Positions 1 through 8,665 of a stretch of 64,000 nucleotides of DNA are shown one piece after another. Both the position numbers and the translations under genes were made by a program. Origin of the DNA: a virus; the IMG/VR virus record IMGVR_UViG_3300035670_000112, positions 23,418 to 87,417 of that record. One strand, written 5' to 3'. The notes under the pieces are model-generated. The model did no database searches, was not told where the DNA came from, and worked only from the letters and a program-made list of their open reading frames with translations. Within the stretch, counting starts at the first letter, position 1. The number at the start of each line of letters is the position of its first letter.

Positions 1-41
1 GAACATGCCGTATCAATGGCAAGGCATGTACTCAATATCTG

Positions 42-407
42 ATGGCATCAAGGAACAGAAATGCAGGTCACGGCTGGGAAAGGGAATGCAGGGAACTGCT
101 TCTCAGATATTTTCCCAATGTGAAGACCTCAAGGGCAGAATCCAAAAGCAGGGATGATGAGAAGGTGGACCTGTGCAATACTGGACATCTGAACATCCAG
201 TGCAAGAATGTCTGTACAAGGGTGAACTATGTGGATCTACTCAATGAGATGCCTGATGAGGAAGGTCAGATCAATATGATCTTCGAGAAGAAGACCCGCA
301 AGACCCCTTCAGGGAGATTCCTCATGGAAGGCAAATATGTGCATCTCAGACTGGAGGACATGTTGAAACTGATGGACATCATTCATCTGGACACGGATAG
401 AAAGTAG
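42..407 (+). CDS. Holliday junction resolvase-like PD-(D/E)XK nuclease
   Basis: N-terminal RNAGHGWERE helix followed by D...IQCK (PD-(D/E)XK variant), 121 aa; pattern typical of phage Hjc-like resolvases. Confidence 0.7.
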   Translation: MASRNRNAGHGWERECRELLLRYFPNVKTSRAESKSRDDEKVDLCNTGHLNIQCKNVCTRVNYVDLLNEMPDEEGQINMIFEKKTRKTPSGRFLMEGKYVHLRLEDMLKLMDIIHLDTDRK

Positions 408-410
408 AAC

Positions 411-677
411 ATGTTCGGCAACTCATTATCCAGCGGAACTGTCGAGGAGCTTGCGAAGCTTCTCAAAATGGATATCGACAATGTGATGAATTCCAACATC
501 GATACATTGCGATACAATGTGGAGGAACTCTATGATATTGCAGAGGAGAATGTGATGGCATCTGCAATGAACGGGGACTCAATAAGACCAGAGACGGAAC
601 GTTTCACTCACGTTAAAGGGGTATATTCCCTGCTGATGGGTGATATCGAGAACCTTCTCAACAGAACAATAGTATAG
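411..677 (+). CDS. hypothetical protein
   Basis: 88-aa ORF packed between neighbours; no recognised motif. Confidence 0.6.
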   Translation: MFGNSLSSGTVEELAKLLKMDIDNVMNSNIDTLRYNVEELYDIAEENVMASAMNGDSIRPETERFTHVKGVYSLLMGDIENLLNRTIV

Positions 678-690
678 AATCAATAGAAAA

Positions 691-1293
691 ATGACAATTT
701 ACATCAAACACGCAGGAAATTCAAAACCATTGGAGGTTGATTTCACAGGCACGACATTCGGTGAACTCAAGGCAGCAGCCCCTCAGGTCAACTGGGAGAA
801 CACGAATGTCATCATCCATTCGACACGTACACAGTTGATCAATGACAGTTCATTGATCCCGAATCAGGACAATCTGATCCTGTTGGTGGTACCTGCACGT
901 AACAAGGCAGGTGCACTGCCATATGCCTCACTGAAGCGGAATGATCTCCTTTCAGAGGTCAGAACGATCATCTCACAGGATCCCAATGCCTCCTCATACT
1001 TCGGGAACTACCCTCAGATGAAGACGGCTGCGATCCTTTCCCTTCTGAACGGTTACTCGTCAACTGCTTCCACTTCAAGTGCAGATGAACCTCTCATCTC
1101 ATCGATCGATGAGTTCAAGGTCCTTGAGCAGAAGTACGTTCAGTTGGTCAATGCAGTGAGCGATCTCAACGCATCGTTGGGAGCACTCGGCAATGTGATC
1201 TTTTCAGAGCAGCCTGAGGAGAGTGTCGGAGGAGTGAAGCTCAGTGAGCTTGATGCCGACTTCAGTTTCTTTGAGGCATCCCTCAGAGGTTGA
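691..1293 (+). CDS. ubiquitin-like (beta-grasp) protein precursor with C-terminal extension
   Basis: aa 1-74 follow a beta-beta-alpha-beta pattern (TIYIK, LEVDF, TTFGELK, LILLVVP) ending ARNKAG74; followed by a helical extension of about 125 aa; directly upstream of E2, JAB and E1 genes. Confidence 0.65.
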   Translation: MTIYIKHAGNSKPLEVDFTGTTFGELKAAAPQVNWENTNVIIHSTRTQLINDSSLIPNQDNLILLVVPARNKAGALPYASLKRNDLLSEVRTIISQDPNASSYFGNYPQMKTAAILSLLNGYSSTASTSSADEPLISSIDEFKVLEQKYVQLVNAVSDLNASLGALGNVIFSEQPEESVGGVKLSELDADFSFFEASLRG

Positions 1294-1308
1294 TGGTATA
1301 CCGATATG

Positions 1309-1351
1309 ATGGAAGGGGAGGCACAGGTTGCCTTCCTTTCCATTTTTTTTT
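1309..1351 (+). terminator. intrinsic terminator after the Ubl gene
   Basis: ATGGAAGGGGAGGCA-cagg-TTGCCTTCCTTTCCAT stem followed by a run of T. Confidence 0.8.
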
Positions 1352-1377
1352 ATCATTCACAGAAAAATCCATTGACA

Positions 1378-2439
1378 ATGAAAGTATTCAGAATATATTC
1401 AGAGAGGTATCAGCAGCATTTCCATTTCAAGGGGGATGGCTTCACTGCAATGCAGACGGATCTGCAGGATTTCGGGAATGACGCGGAGTTCATTGACCTT
1501 TGGAGACAGGACGACACGGACATCATGATCTTACATGCCCCCTATCAAAGGTTATTGAAGACGGTCCATGACATTCTGGAGACCGCTGATGATCAGAAGG
1601 ATCTTTCCATAATGATCAGGTCATATCCCCAACAGGAACTGTATATAACCATACGGATAGGTGATGTGATCACAGACAATTCCCTTGAGATAGGCAATCT
1701 CATAAAGGATGTGTACATCATACAGCAGATGACTCTCTCCAGAACGGGATACAGATTGAATAAACCTCTGATGAGAAGAGGTACTTACAATGACCTTGAG
1801 ATCATGAATGAGTTCATACATCCCCATTCATCGAGGGAAGGCGTAATGTGTCTTGGGAACTCTGAGTTCAGTAGAGCCTATTTTAACAGAGTGATATTCA
1901 GGTTCGACATGTTCGAATATCTGATGTACCTCAAGGCATATCTGTCATGGGAAAGTCTTGAAGGGGGTCCTTACAGAAGGACGCATGAGTATTATGACAA
2001 CAGTATCGGTGTAAGGCCTAAGGTTCTCAGTGAGGGAACCATCGACAGTATCCTTAAAAGGATCGATCCCACAGGGTTCAGACCAAGGGTGGATATCTCA
2101 TCCTCATCGATGGAGATCAGGATAGAGGAGAGTGCCGTAAGGGAAATGTTCATTGCAGAAGGCGTACCGATGGCATCGCTTCATGGTAAGATCCCATCCA
2201 CGGAAAGCTTGAGTGATATCCCAAGACATGAGGTGTTCTCCAAACATCTTCTCCTAAAGATAAGATTCAGGGACGTTGAGATCGTTCCCCAGAGTGAAAG
2301 GTTCGATCCAGAGGTGTACAGGGAATATCTTGACAGCGTGTTCTCCTATGTTCCCAGTATCTACATAAAACAGTTGGAACACAGACTTCAGAGTGAACTT
2401 ATAGCAACATCACCAGAATTCAAATATGAATTGATATGA
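1378..2439 (+). CDS. E2/UBC-like conjugating enzyme domain protein
   Basis: FIHPHSSREGVMCLG resembles the E2 HPN...C active-site signature, followed by YLSWESLEGGPY; start moved from 1306 to ATG 1378 because 1306-1351 overlaps the terminator. Confidence 0.65.
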   Translation: MKVFRIYSERYQQHFHFKGDGFTAMQTDLQDFGNDAEFIDLWRQDDTDIMILHAPYQRLLKTVHDILETADDQKDLSIMIRSYPQQELYITIRIGDVITDNSLEIGNLIKDVYIIQQMTLSRTGYRLNKPLMRRGTYNDLEIMNEFIHPHSSREGVMCLGNSEFSRAYFNRVIFRFDMFEYLMYLKAYLSWESLEGGPYRRTHEYYDNSIGVRPKVLSEGTIDSILKRIDPTGFRPRVDISSSSMEIRIEESAVREMFIAEGVPMASLHGKIPSTESLSDIPRHEVFSKHLLLKIRFRDVEIVPQSERFDPEVYREYLDSVFSYVPSIYIKQLEHRLQSELIATSPEFKYELI

Positions 2440-3524
2440 AAGACACAGTAAAGACAAAGAAATACCCAGTGATAACAACCCCTTTGAGAGGGAGGATACT
2501 GATACCTGGTGGAGTGAAAAGAAAGATCGATCAACTCCATAGGAGCATCGGTAATGTGGAGTGGGCAGGATTCATAACCTATGAGAAGACAGCAGGATCG
2601 ATGTCAGTACCCAATGAACTTGTTCTCAAGGTACTGGACATATATCCCATGTCAATAGGCACACATTCCTATGTGGAGGCTGATAATCATGCCGATGACA
2701 TGTTGGACCTGTGTGACCGTGTACCGAGTTTCATGGGGTCCAGATACGGACTTGTGCATACACACCATACGATGAACACCTTCTTCAGTGGAACGGACAT
2801 CGATGAACTGCATGACAACGTGGACAAGTATTCCTCATACCTGTCACTCATAGTGAACATGAAGGATGAGTATACCGCAAAGATCGTCAGTCTTGTGGAC
2901 GTATCACCTAGAATGGTATCCATAAAGGAGGAGGATGAGGAGACACGGAGTGTACAGATAGGTGACGACACGGTACAGATGCTCATGGTCGACCTTGATG
3001 TGTCCATTGAGAAGGAACATGAGGACGATCCTGTGATATCACTCAGGATAGAGGAGCTCAGAAAGAGGAACAGAGAGAAGGAGACGGACTCTCAGAGATC
3101 CGTATCACCTACCTCAGGGACTGTGAGGACATCTTCTCCCCCTGTTCAGACAAGGTTCCCTTTCGACACATTCGACATGCCTATGACACATCATTATTCC
3201 GTGAACAGGTTCAATGCTGAGGTATATCTGAAAAGACTTCTCAGTCTTGACGATACGGTAGGCAATGTGGATCTCTACTCACTCCTGTTGGAAGAAGCAA
3301 GGGATGCCAATGACTACCCTGACTATATCGATATCTACTACGGGGAGATCGCAGAGGAATGCTATAACATGGCAATAAAGATGGTCGGAGGTGAGAAGGC
3401 CGATGAACTCATAAAGCTTGCAGTGGAAAGACTTTCCGACTATGAGAAGGACCCCAATGTCAGCCCTGTGGTCGCCAATGTGAAGCTGATAATGTCGTCC
3501 ATACTCAATGTACCCTCACTATGA
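2436..3524 (+). CDS. JAB/MPN+ (JAMM) metalloprotease
   Basis: VEWAG glutamate plus HTHHTMNTFFSGTD, an exact H-x-H-x7-S-x2-D JAMM motif; ATGA overlap with the E2 gene. Confidence 0.85.
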   Translation: MKDTVKTKKYPVITTPLRGRILIPGGVKRKIDQLHRSIGNVEWAGFITYEKTAGSMSVPNELVLKVLDIYPMSIGTHSYVEADNHADDMLDLCDRVPSFMGSRYGLVHTHHTMNTFFSGTDIDELHDNVDKYSSYLSLIVNMKDEYTAKIVSLVDVSPRMVSIKEEDEETRSVQIGDDTVQMLMVDLDVSIEKEHEDDPVISLRIEELRKRNREKETDSQRSVSPTSGTVRTSSPPVQTRFPFDTFDMPMTHHYSVNRFNAEVYLKRLLSLDDTVGNVDLYSLLLEEARDANDYPDYIDIYYGEIAEECYNMAIKMVGGEKADELIKLAVERLSDYEKDPNVSPVVANVKLIMSSILNVPSL

Positions 3525-4195
3525 AGACAGCACACATAAGATTCAACAGTGTCGACTGGTACGGTATACCCAAGGAGATGACCGTAGGAGGTGCAGGTAC
3601 CATAGGAAGTTGGCTTACCCTTCTGTTGGCAAGGTCTGGTGACCACGACATCATACTCTATGATGACGATACTGTCAGTGAGGAGAACATGGCAGGACAA
3701 CTGTACGGCAGGTCGCATGTAGGCATGCCGAAGGTGGAAGCGATGAAGGATATTCTGAACGGACTTGTGGACATGTCTGGCAACATAAGGCTGGACATAT
3801 ACGGCAAGAGGATACAGGAGGGCACTTACGTGTCCCCTGTATGTTTCTCGTGCTTCGATAACATGAAGGCAAGGAAGGACATGTTCAACAACTGGATGAA
3901 GAGGGATGACAGGGAACTCTTCATAGACGGTAGGATGAGCATTGAGACCTATGAGGTCTACACCGTAAGGAAAGGACAGGAGAAGGAGTATATGGAGACA
4001 CTGTTCGATGACTCCGAGATACCTGATCAGATATGTTCGCTGAAGGCAACATCACATACAGGGGCACTCATTGCTGGTAGGATGATGAGCATGTTCACCA
4101 ATCATCTGGCGAACAGTGTCTCAGGAATGGACATCAGATCGGTACCATTCAGCTTCAGAGAGGATATGGAATATCACATGATAACAACAGTATAA
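3521..4195 (+). CDS. ThiF/MoeB/E1-family adenylyltransferase
   Basis: GGAGTIGS nucleotide-binding loop, YDDDTVSEENMAGQ, GMPKVEA, CFDNMKAR, IDGRM; candidate catalytic Cys in DQICSLKAT; ATGA overlap with JAB. Confidence 0.9.
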   Translation: MKTAHIRFNSVDWYGIPKEMTVGGAGTIGSWLTLLLARSGDHDIILYDDDTVSEENMAGQLYGRSHVGMPKVEAMKDILNGLVDMSGNIRLDIYGKRIQEGTYVSPVCFSCFDNMKARKDMFNNWMKRDDRELFIDGRMSIETYEVYTVRKGQEKEYMETLFDDSEIPDQICSLKATSHTGALIAGRMMSMFTNHLANSVSGMDIRSVPFSFREDMEYHMITTV

Positions 4196-4554
4196 TGGAA
4201 ATAGTGGAATATGTTCCCAACAGGGAAAGATGGTCTGATGCTCCGAGGGTCAATGATGTTCAGATAGAGGGTGCAACATGTGTATCCCCGCTGTTCAAAA
4301 GTTACACGGTCAATTACAACTATGACAATGGACTGTTCGTAAAGGACCCTCATGTGGAAAATGTGATGCGTAACGTGGTACTCGCAGTATCGACAGGAAG
4401 GACGTTCAAACAGCTTCTGTATGAGGTGAGCATGCGACTCGACAGGTCATTGGATGACAGAGTAGGGAGAGAGACCTTTGCAAAGGTCATAGTGGAAGAG
4501 AGGATATCAGGGATATTGAACAGAATAAGGACAGAGAATGAAGGACAGGAATGA
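4195..4554 (+). CDS. hypothetical protein, translationally coupled to E1
   Basis: TAATG stop/start overlap with the ThiF gene. Confidence 0.6.
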   Translation: MEIVEYVPNRERWSDAPRVNDVQIEGATCVSPLFKSYTVNYNYDNGLFVKDPHVENVMRNVVLAVSTGRTFKQLLYEVSMRLDRSLDDRVGRETFAKVIVEERISGILNRIRTENEGQE

Positions 4555-5596
4555 TTATTTCAATTCAAGCGGTGTATCAAGGAGTCTCCTTGTAAAGCTA
4601 CTGGATCACCCCAGAAAGGTGAAGATGATGATGGACGGAGTCTATGCGGATCAGACCTCAGATGCACTTGAGAAGGGATCTGCATTCGATTCGCTCATGT
4701 TCGACACGCGACAGGAGTTCAACTCAAAATACCGTATAGCGGCAACAGCGAATCCGTTCCCTCAACGCAACACCAACAAGGGGAAGTTCGCATGTGAGTG
4801 TGAATCCATAGTGAAACAGATGATAGAGGCCGATGAGTTCTTTGACATCGATAATGTCTACGTGAAGGCCTATGCGGACTCTGGTATAAAGAATCCAGAT
4901 ATCAGAACCTCCATAAAGGAGTTCGAGGAAGCTGGAGGGAGAGCATATCTTGAGGAACTCTACGCCAATGCGAAATTCATCACGCTCTCTCAGGAGGAAT
5001 TCAACGGTCTGTCGGCCATGAAGGAGTCTCTGATGTCCCATGAGAACATCTCACATTTCTTCTGTGACAGTGTACCAGAGGATCATAGGGTGCTCAAAGG
5101 GAATGATGAGATGCTGTATCAGGTGGATGTAAGATGGCAGCAGGAGGATCTTGAGTGCAAGGCACTTCTGGACATAGTGTCGATAGACCATGAGAGAAGG
5201 GTCATAACAGGGATAGACCTCAAGACGACATCCTTCACATCTGCGGATACCACAGGCTCGATATTGAAGTTCAACTATCACTATCAGGCAGCATGGTACC
5301 GTCTTGCGTTGGAGGCATTCGCTGCTCAAAGATTCGAAGGATTGGACTATACCGTAAGTGATCAGTTCCATTTCATATTCGTCTATACGGACACTCTGTA
5401 CCCTCCCACGATATTCACCATGTCATCACATGACATGAAGTGTGCACGTGATGGGGGTCATAGATATGGAAGACCTGTCAAGGGTATCTGTCAACTGTTG
5501 AGCGATCTGAAATGGCATATTGACCATGATGCGTGGGACTATTCAAGGGACACCTATGAGAACGGTACCCTGATCTCCACCATCTATGACCGTTGA
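4538..5596 (+). CDS. PD-(D/E)XK exonuclease (RecE/ExoVIII, DUF3799-like)
   Basis: SRSLL, GSAFD, KALLD...IDLKTT, YHYQAAWY motifs. Confidence 0.8.
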   Translation: MKDRNDYFNSSGVSRSLLVKLLDHPRKVKMMMDGVYADQTSDALEKGSAFDSLMFDTRQEFNSKYRIAATANPFPQRNTNKGKFACECESIVKQMIEADEFFDIDNVYVKAYADSGIKNPDIRTSIKEFEEAGGRAYLEELYANAKFITLSQEEFNGLSAMKESLMSHENISHFFCDSVPEDHRVLKGNDEMLYQVDVRWQQEDLECKALLDIVSIDHERRVITGIDLKTTSFTSADTTGSILKFNYHYQAAWYRLALEAFAAQRFEGLDYTVSDQFHFIFVYTDTLYPPTIFTMSSHDMKCARDGGHRYGRPVKGICQLLSDLKWHIDHDAWDYSRDTYENGTLISTIYDR

Positions 5597-5598
5597 GC

Positions 5599-6444
5599 AT
5601 GGAAGGCATCATAAAGGCGACACAGGTATTCGCATCCATACACGTTCAGTTCGCTGTGAACTGCAATGTGACCGATGTGAAGGATGACAGGGGCTCTGTG
5701 ATCACTGTACTTGACAGTAATGGAAGAAGGCTGATCACTCTTGGTGATCTTCTGTACGTGAAGGACCATGGTTGGTATCAATGTAACCGTATGGACCGTT
5801 TACGTGTAAGTGACGGACATGCCATCTACAGGGTGATAACCGCTGAAAGGTCGGACACGTCACTTCTACTTCTTCCTATGTACGGAGGTGACAGAGAGAG
5901 CTTCAGGTTCTCAGACCTTCTGGTGAATGCCTATTGTTTCAGGGAGGGGTTCTCTCCAGGTAGAATATGGCTGCTGTACAGGATACCTCACAGTGATGAG
6001 GATGTCCTTACAGATACATTGGACAGTATATCGAAGAATCCATGGTATCTCACACATGAGAGTTTCGGTACTGAGCATATCGTGGTCACGATGTCCATCC
6101 CTGATGGGCATATCGACACTGTCCATAGGTTCTTCAGCGGAAAGTTCTCAAAGTTCACTCAGGAGTACAAGGAGTCGATATACAGATTCCATAATATCAA
6201 TGACAGATACAACAGACTCAGACTCGAGCTGGAAAGACATCCTGTTCTCAAACAGAGAATGGAGACGGATCTTTCCATCACGCTCGGTGATGAGGATGAA
6301 CTGAGGTCTGCAATAGTGGAGGATAGGGAGACACTTAAGGTATCCATGCTGATAGATGAGCAGAGAACTGGTATTGAGAAGCATCGTAGGGGAACAATGG
6401 TTCAAGGCACTCTACGGTCACATGATGTCAAAGGAATTCGATGA
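5599..6444 (+). CDS. conserved phage hypothetical protein
   Basis: Long ORF with FFSGKFSKF motif that I recall from crAss-like replication regions; ATG at 5599 preferred over TTG 5593. Confidence 0.55.
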   Translation: MEGIIKATQVFASIHVQFAVNCNVTDVKDDRGSVITVLDSNGRRLITLGDLLYVKDHGWYQCNRMDRLRVSDGHAIYRVITAERSDTSLLLLPMYGGDRESFRFSDLLVNAYCFREGFSPGRIWLLYRIPHSDEDVLTDTLDSISKNPWYLTHESFGTEHIVVTMSIPDGHIDTVHRFFSGKFSKFTQEYKESIYRFHNINDRYNRLRLELERHPVLKQRMETDLSITLGDEDELRSAIVEDRETLKVSMLIDEQRTGIEKHRRGTMVQGTLRSHDVKGIR

Positions 6445-7060
6445 CCTTGGGCATTTCATAATTGAGGAAAGGAAGAGATACAGGGTATTCCCTGCTCAGA
6501 AGGATGTGTTCAATGCATTCAGATCCACACCTTTCCATGATGTGAAGGTGGTATTCCTGGGGCTTGATCCTTACATACGTGAGGGTCAGGCCACAGGGTA
6601 CTCATTCGGTGTCGACATCGATACTGCGATCACAGTACCTCCATCATTGAGGAACATCATCAGAGAAGTGGAGAGTGACCTTGATGTCCTGTGTCTTGAG
6701 TTCGACCATTCATTGAAAGGTTGGGCACAGCAGGGGGTACTGCTGTTGAATACCGCACTCACGGTCAGAGAGGGACAGACAGGTTCACATCTTCTCCAAT
6801 GGAGCGGATTCACTCAGAGTGTACTGAAGGCATTGAACGATAAAGGGGACAATGTGATCTTCATACTGTTGGGAAAGGATGCCCAGTCGTATGCAAAGTA
6901 TCTTGACCCGTCAGTGACGAAGGTGATAATGGCACCCCATCCTGCAGCGGAATCGTATGCAGGGGGGAAAGCAGGATTCTTCGGTAGCAGGATATTCAGT
7001 AAGTGCAACAGCATGCTGTACATGCTCGGAAAAGAAGAGATAAATTGGAATATAAAATAA
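6356..7060 (+). CDS. ung: uracil-DNA glycosylase (family 1)
   Basis: VKVVFLGLDPY, PPSLRNI, WAQQGVLLLNTALTV and HP motifs. Confidence 0.92.
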   Translation: MSRELVLRSIVGEQWFKALYGHMMSKEFDDLGHFIIEERKRYRVFPAQKDVFNAFRSTPFHDVKVVFLGLDPYIREGQATGYSFGVDIDTAITVPPSLRNIIREVESDLDVLCLEFDHSLKGWAQQGVLLLNTALTVREGQTGSHLLQWSGFTQSVLKALNDKGDNVIFILLGKDAQSYAKYLDPSVTKVIMAPHPAAESYAGGKAGFFGSRIFSKCNSMLYMLGKEEINWNIK

Positions 7061-7063
7061 ACC

Positions 7064-7300
7064 ATGTATTTAGATTACAAGTGTACAGTTTGGATGAGGA
7101 TACGTATACCCGATGAAAGGAATGATAGGGAATACATCCTCAGGATGTTGAAGCAGGGGATGGAGCCTCTGTTCACAGATGAAGAATATGAGACCCTTTA
7201 CGATACCTCAGAGGATATGACAGTGGAGGATAACGATGGACAGTCCACAGTAGAGCTGTTCGATGACAATGGTAATGCAATATTCAGTAATGGAAAGTGA
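7064..7300 (+). CDS. hypothetical protein
   Basis: 78-aa acidic ORF in tight tandem array. Confidence 0.6.
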   Translation: MYLDYKCTVWMRIRIPDERNDREYILRMLKQGMEPLFTDEEYETLYDTSEDMTVEDNDGQSTVELFDDNGNAIFSNGK

Positions 7301-7505
7301 AAAAGCGATAATAAACAGATTGGAGCTTGCTTCAGAGCTTGCCCATAGAATGCTTGTGATGGAATGGAAGGACCGTTCTGAGAGCATGTTCAACGATCCG
7401 AAAGCGGGTATTACAGAATATTCTGATGATGCTCAGGAGATATTCAACCATCACTATGACACGATACTTGAAATAATAGAGGACATACGGTATGACGCAG
7501 CATGA
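7290..7505 (+). CDS. hypothetical protein
   Basis: ORF overlapping the preceding stop; ATG 7290 likely start. Confidence 0.55.
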   Translation: MESEKAIINRLELASELAHRMLVMEWKDRSESMFNDPKAGITEYSDDAQEIFNHHYDTILEIIEDIRYDAA

Positions 7506-7740
7506 TAGAGTAGTGGCCCATATAGAGAGCAGATCGTGGTTCACCTATGACGGTATCAGTGCAGGAGTATTGAGCTTCAGTACCCGTGAACACGGTAACG
7601 TGGGAGATGAGGAGCCAGGTGAGGAGGATATACGGAAGGCACATCAGGTGGCAGGGGAGATACGTGAACGTTTCCCTGTAAGGAACATCGAGATATCCTC
7701 AGTGGATGAATGGACGTATATCCAATTCGAGATGATATGA
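7492..7740 (+). CDS. hypothetical protein
   Basis: 82-aa ORF overlapping neighbours. Confidence 0.55.
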   Translation: MTQHDRVVAHIESRSWFTYDGISAGVLSFSTREHGNVGDEEPGEEDIRKAHQVAGEIRERFPVRNIEISSVDEWTYIQFEMI

Positions 7741-7907
7741 ATGGAACATACGTGTATATCGTAACCCTTACCAAGGACGATGGGGTCACACGGTTCAAGG
7801 TTGCCATTACGGCCGCTGATGATAACGGACTGAGGGACAGGATAGCTGAAGCGTATCCTGATCACGATTGGTATTCACCAGTGGGTGAAAGATATCAATT
7901 GGTATAG
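7737..7907 (+). CDS. hypothetical protein
   Basis: ATGA-coupled small ORF. Confidence 0.5.
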   Translation: MNGTYVYIVTLTKDDGVTRFKVAITAADDNGLRDRIAEAYPDHDWYSPVGERYQLV

Positions 7908-7924
7908 TATCGATAGATATTATA

Positions 7925-7957
7925 TTTGGATAACATGTGAGGGAAGCTGTATATTTG
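7925..7957 (+). promoter_or_regulatory. Bacteroidota-type promoter overlapping the terminator
   Basis: TTTG(7925-28)-N21-TATATTTG(7950-57) matches the -33/-7 consensus. Confidence 0.45.
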
Positions 7958-7972
7958 CAGCTTCCCTTTTTT
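7941..7972 (+). terminator. intrinsic terminator
   Basis: GGGAAGCTG(T)-loop-(G)CAGCTTCCC followed by TTTTTT. Confidence 0.8.
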
Positions 7973-7983
7973 ACATTTCGAGT

Positions 7984-8229
7984 ATGGCGAATTTCTATAA
8001 CATACAGGGTCAATGTGCAGCTTTTGTGGCTGGTAGACTCAGTGACCTTCAATGGAGGAACATATCTCATGTGGAGAGAGATGGAAAGCAGTGTATACTG
8101 CATATGAAGAATGGGGATGTATATGAACTTTCAATTAAAAGAAGAGAAGATGAAAGAACCGATGCCTATGCACTCTTGCATAAGAGTGTGGTTGGAGAAG
8201 ACATCGACCCGAAAACCATCAGTTCCTGA
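7984..8229 (+). CDS. hypothetical protein
   Basis: ATG 7984 just after the terminator/promoter. Confidence 0.55.
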   Translation: MANFYNIQGQCAAFVAGRLSDLQWRNISHVERDGKQCILHMKNGDVYELSIKRREDERTDAYALLHKSVVGEDIDPKTISS

Positions 8230-8665
8230 ACTGATGACAAGGGAGGATGCCGACTTCAACACGATGTTGATAAGAGAGGAAGTGAATGAGCTTCTGTCCG
8301 CACTGTCAACGAATAATGACCTTACAGAACTGTGCGATGCATATTTCGATGTGCTCTGGGTGGTCACCCAATCAGCAATGCTGAACGGGCTCAATATAAA
8401 CGACCTCTGCAGAGCGGGCTTTTACAGCAACATGTCAAAGTTCTGCAACACATACGAGGAGGCACTTGATACTGTGGAAGCCTACGCCAAGGGAGAACAT
8501 CCTGCAAAGTATGGTACACAGATCGAATGTAGGATAGACGAGAACAGGGATGGGAGTTTCACTGTAAAGAGAGCATCCGATTCCAAGATACTCAAGTCGA
8601 TCAATTTCAAAGAACCTGATTTTTCATTCATAGTACAGAGAGCAAAGGAACATGGGACAGTGTGA
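8111..8665 (+). CDS. MazG-like all-alpha NTP pyrophosphohydrolase
   Basis: LIREEVNEL...ELCDAYFD...SNMSK pattern; true start may be slightly downstream. Confidence 0.75.
   Translation: MGMYMNFQLKEEKMKEPMPMHSCIRVWLEKTSTRKPSVPELMTREDADFNTMLIREEVNELLSALSTNNDLTELCDAYFDVLWVVTQSAMLNGLNINDLCRAGFYSNMSKFCNTYEEALDTVEAYAKGEHPAKYGTQIECRIDENRDGSFTVKRASDSKILKSINFKEPDFSFIVQRAKEHGTV

Noticed and set aside
1306-1377. N-terminal extension of the E2 ORF and the 1290-1481 ORF
   Set aside because: They overlap an intrinsic terminator; ATG 1378 is the more plausible start
3521-4195. ThiF as a thiamine or molybdopterin biosynthesis auxiliary gene
   Set aside because: No thiS/thiG/moaD/moaE or sulfurtransferase nearby, no CxxC zinc pairs, and it is coupled to JAB and E2-like genes
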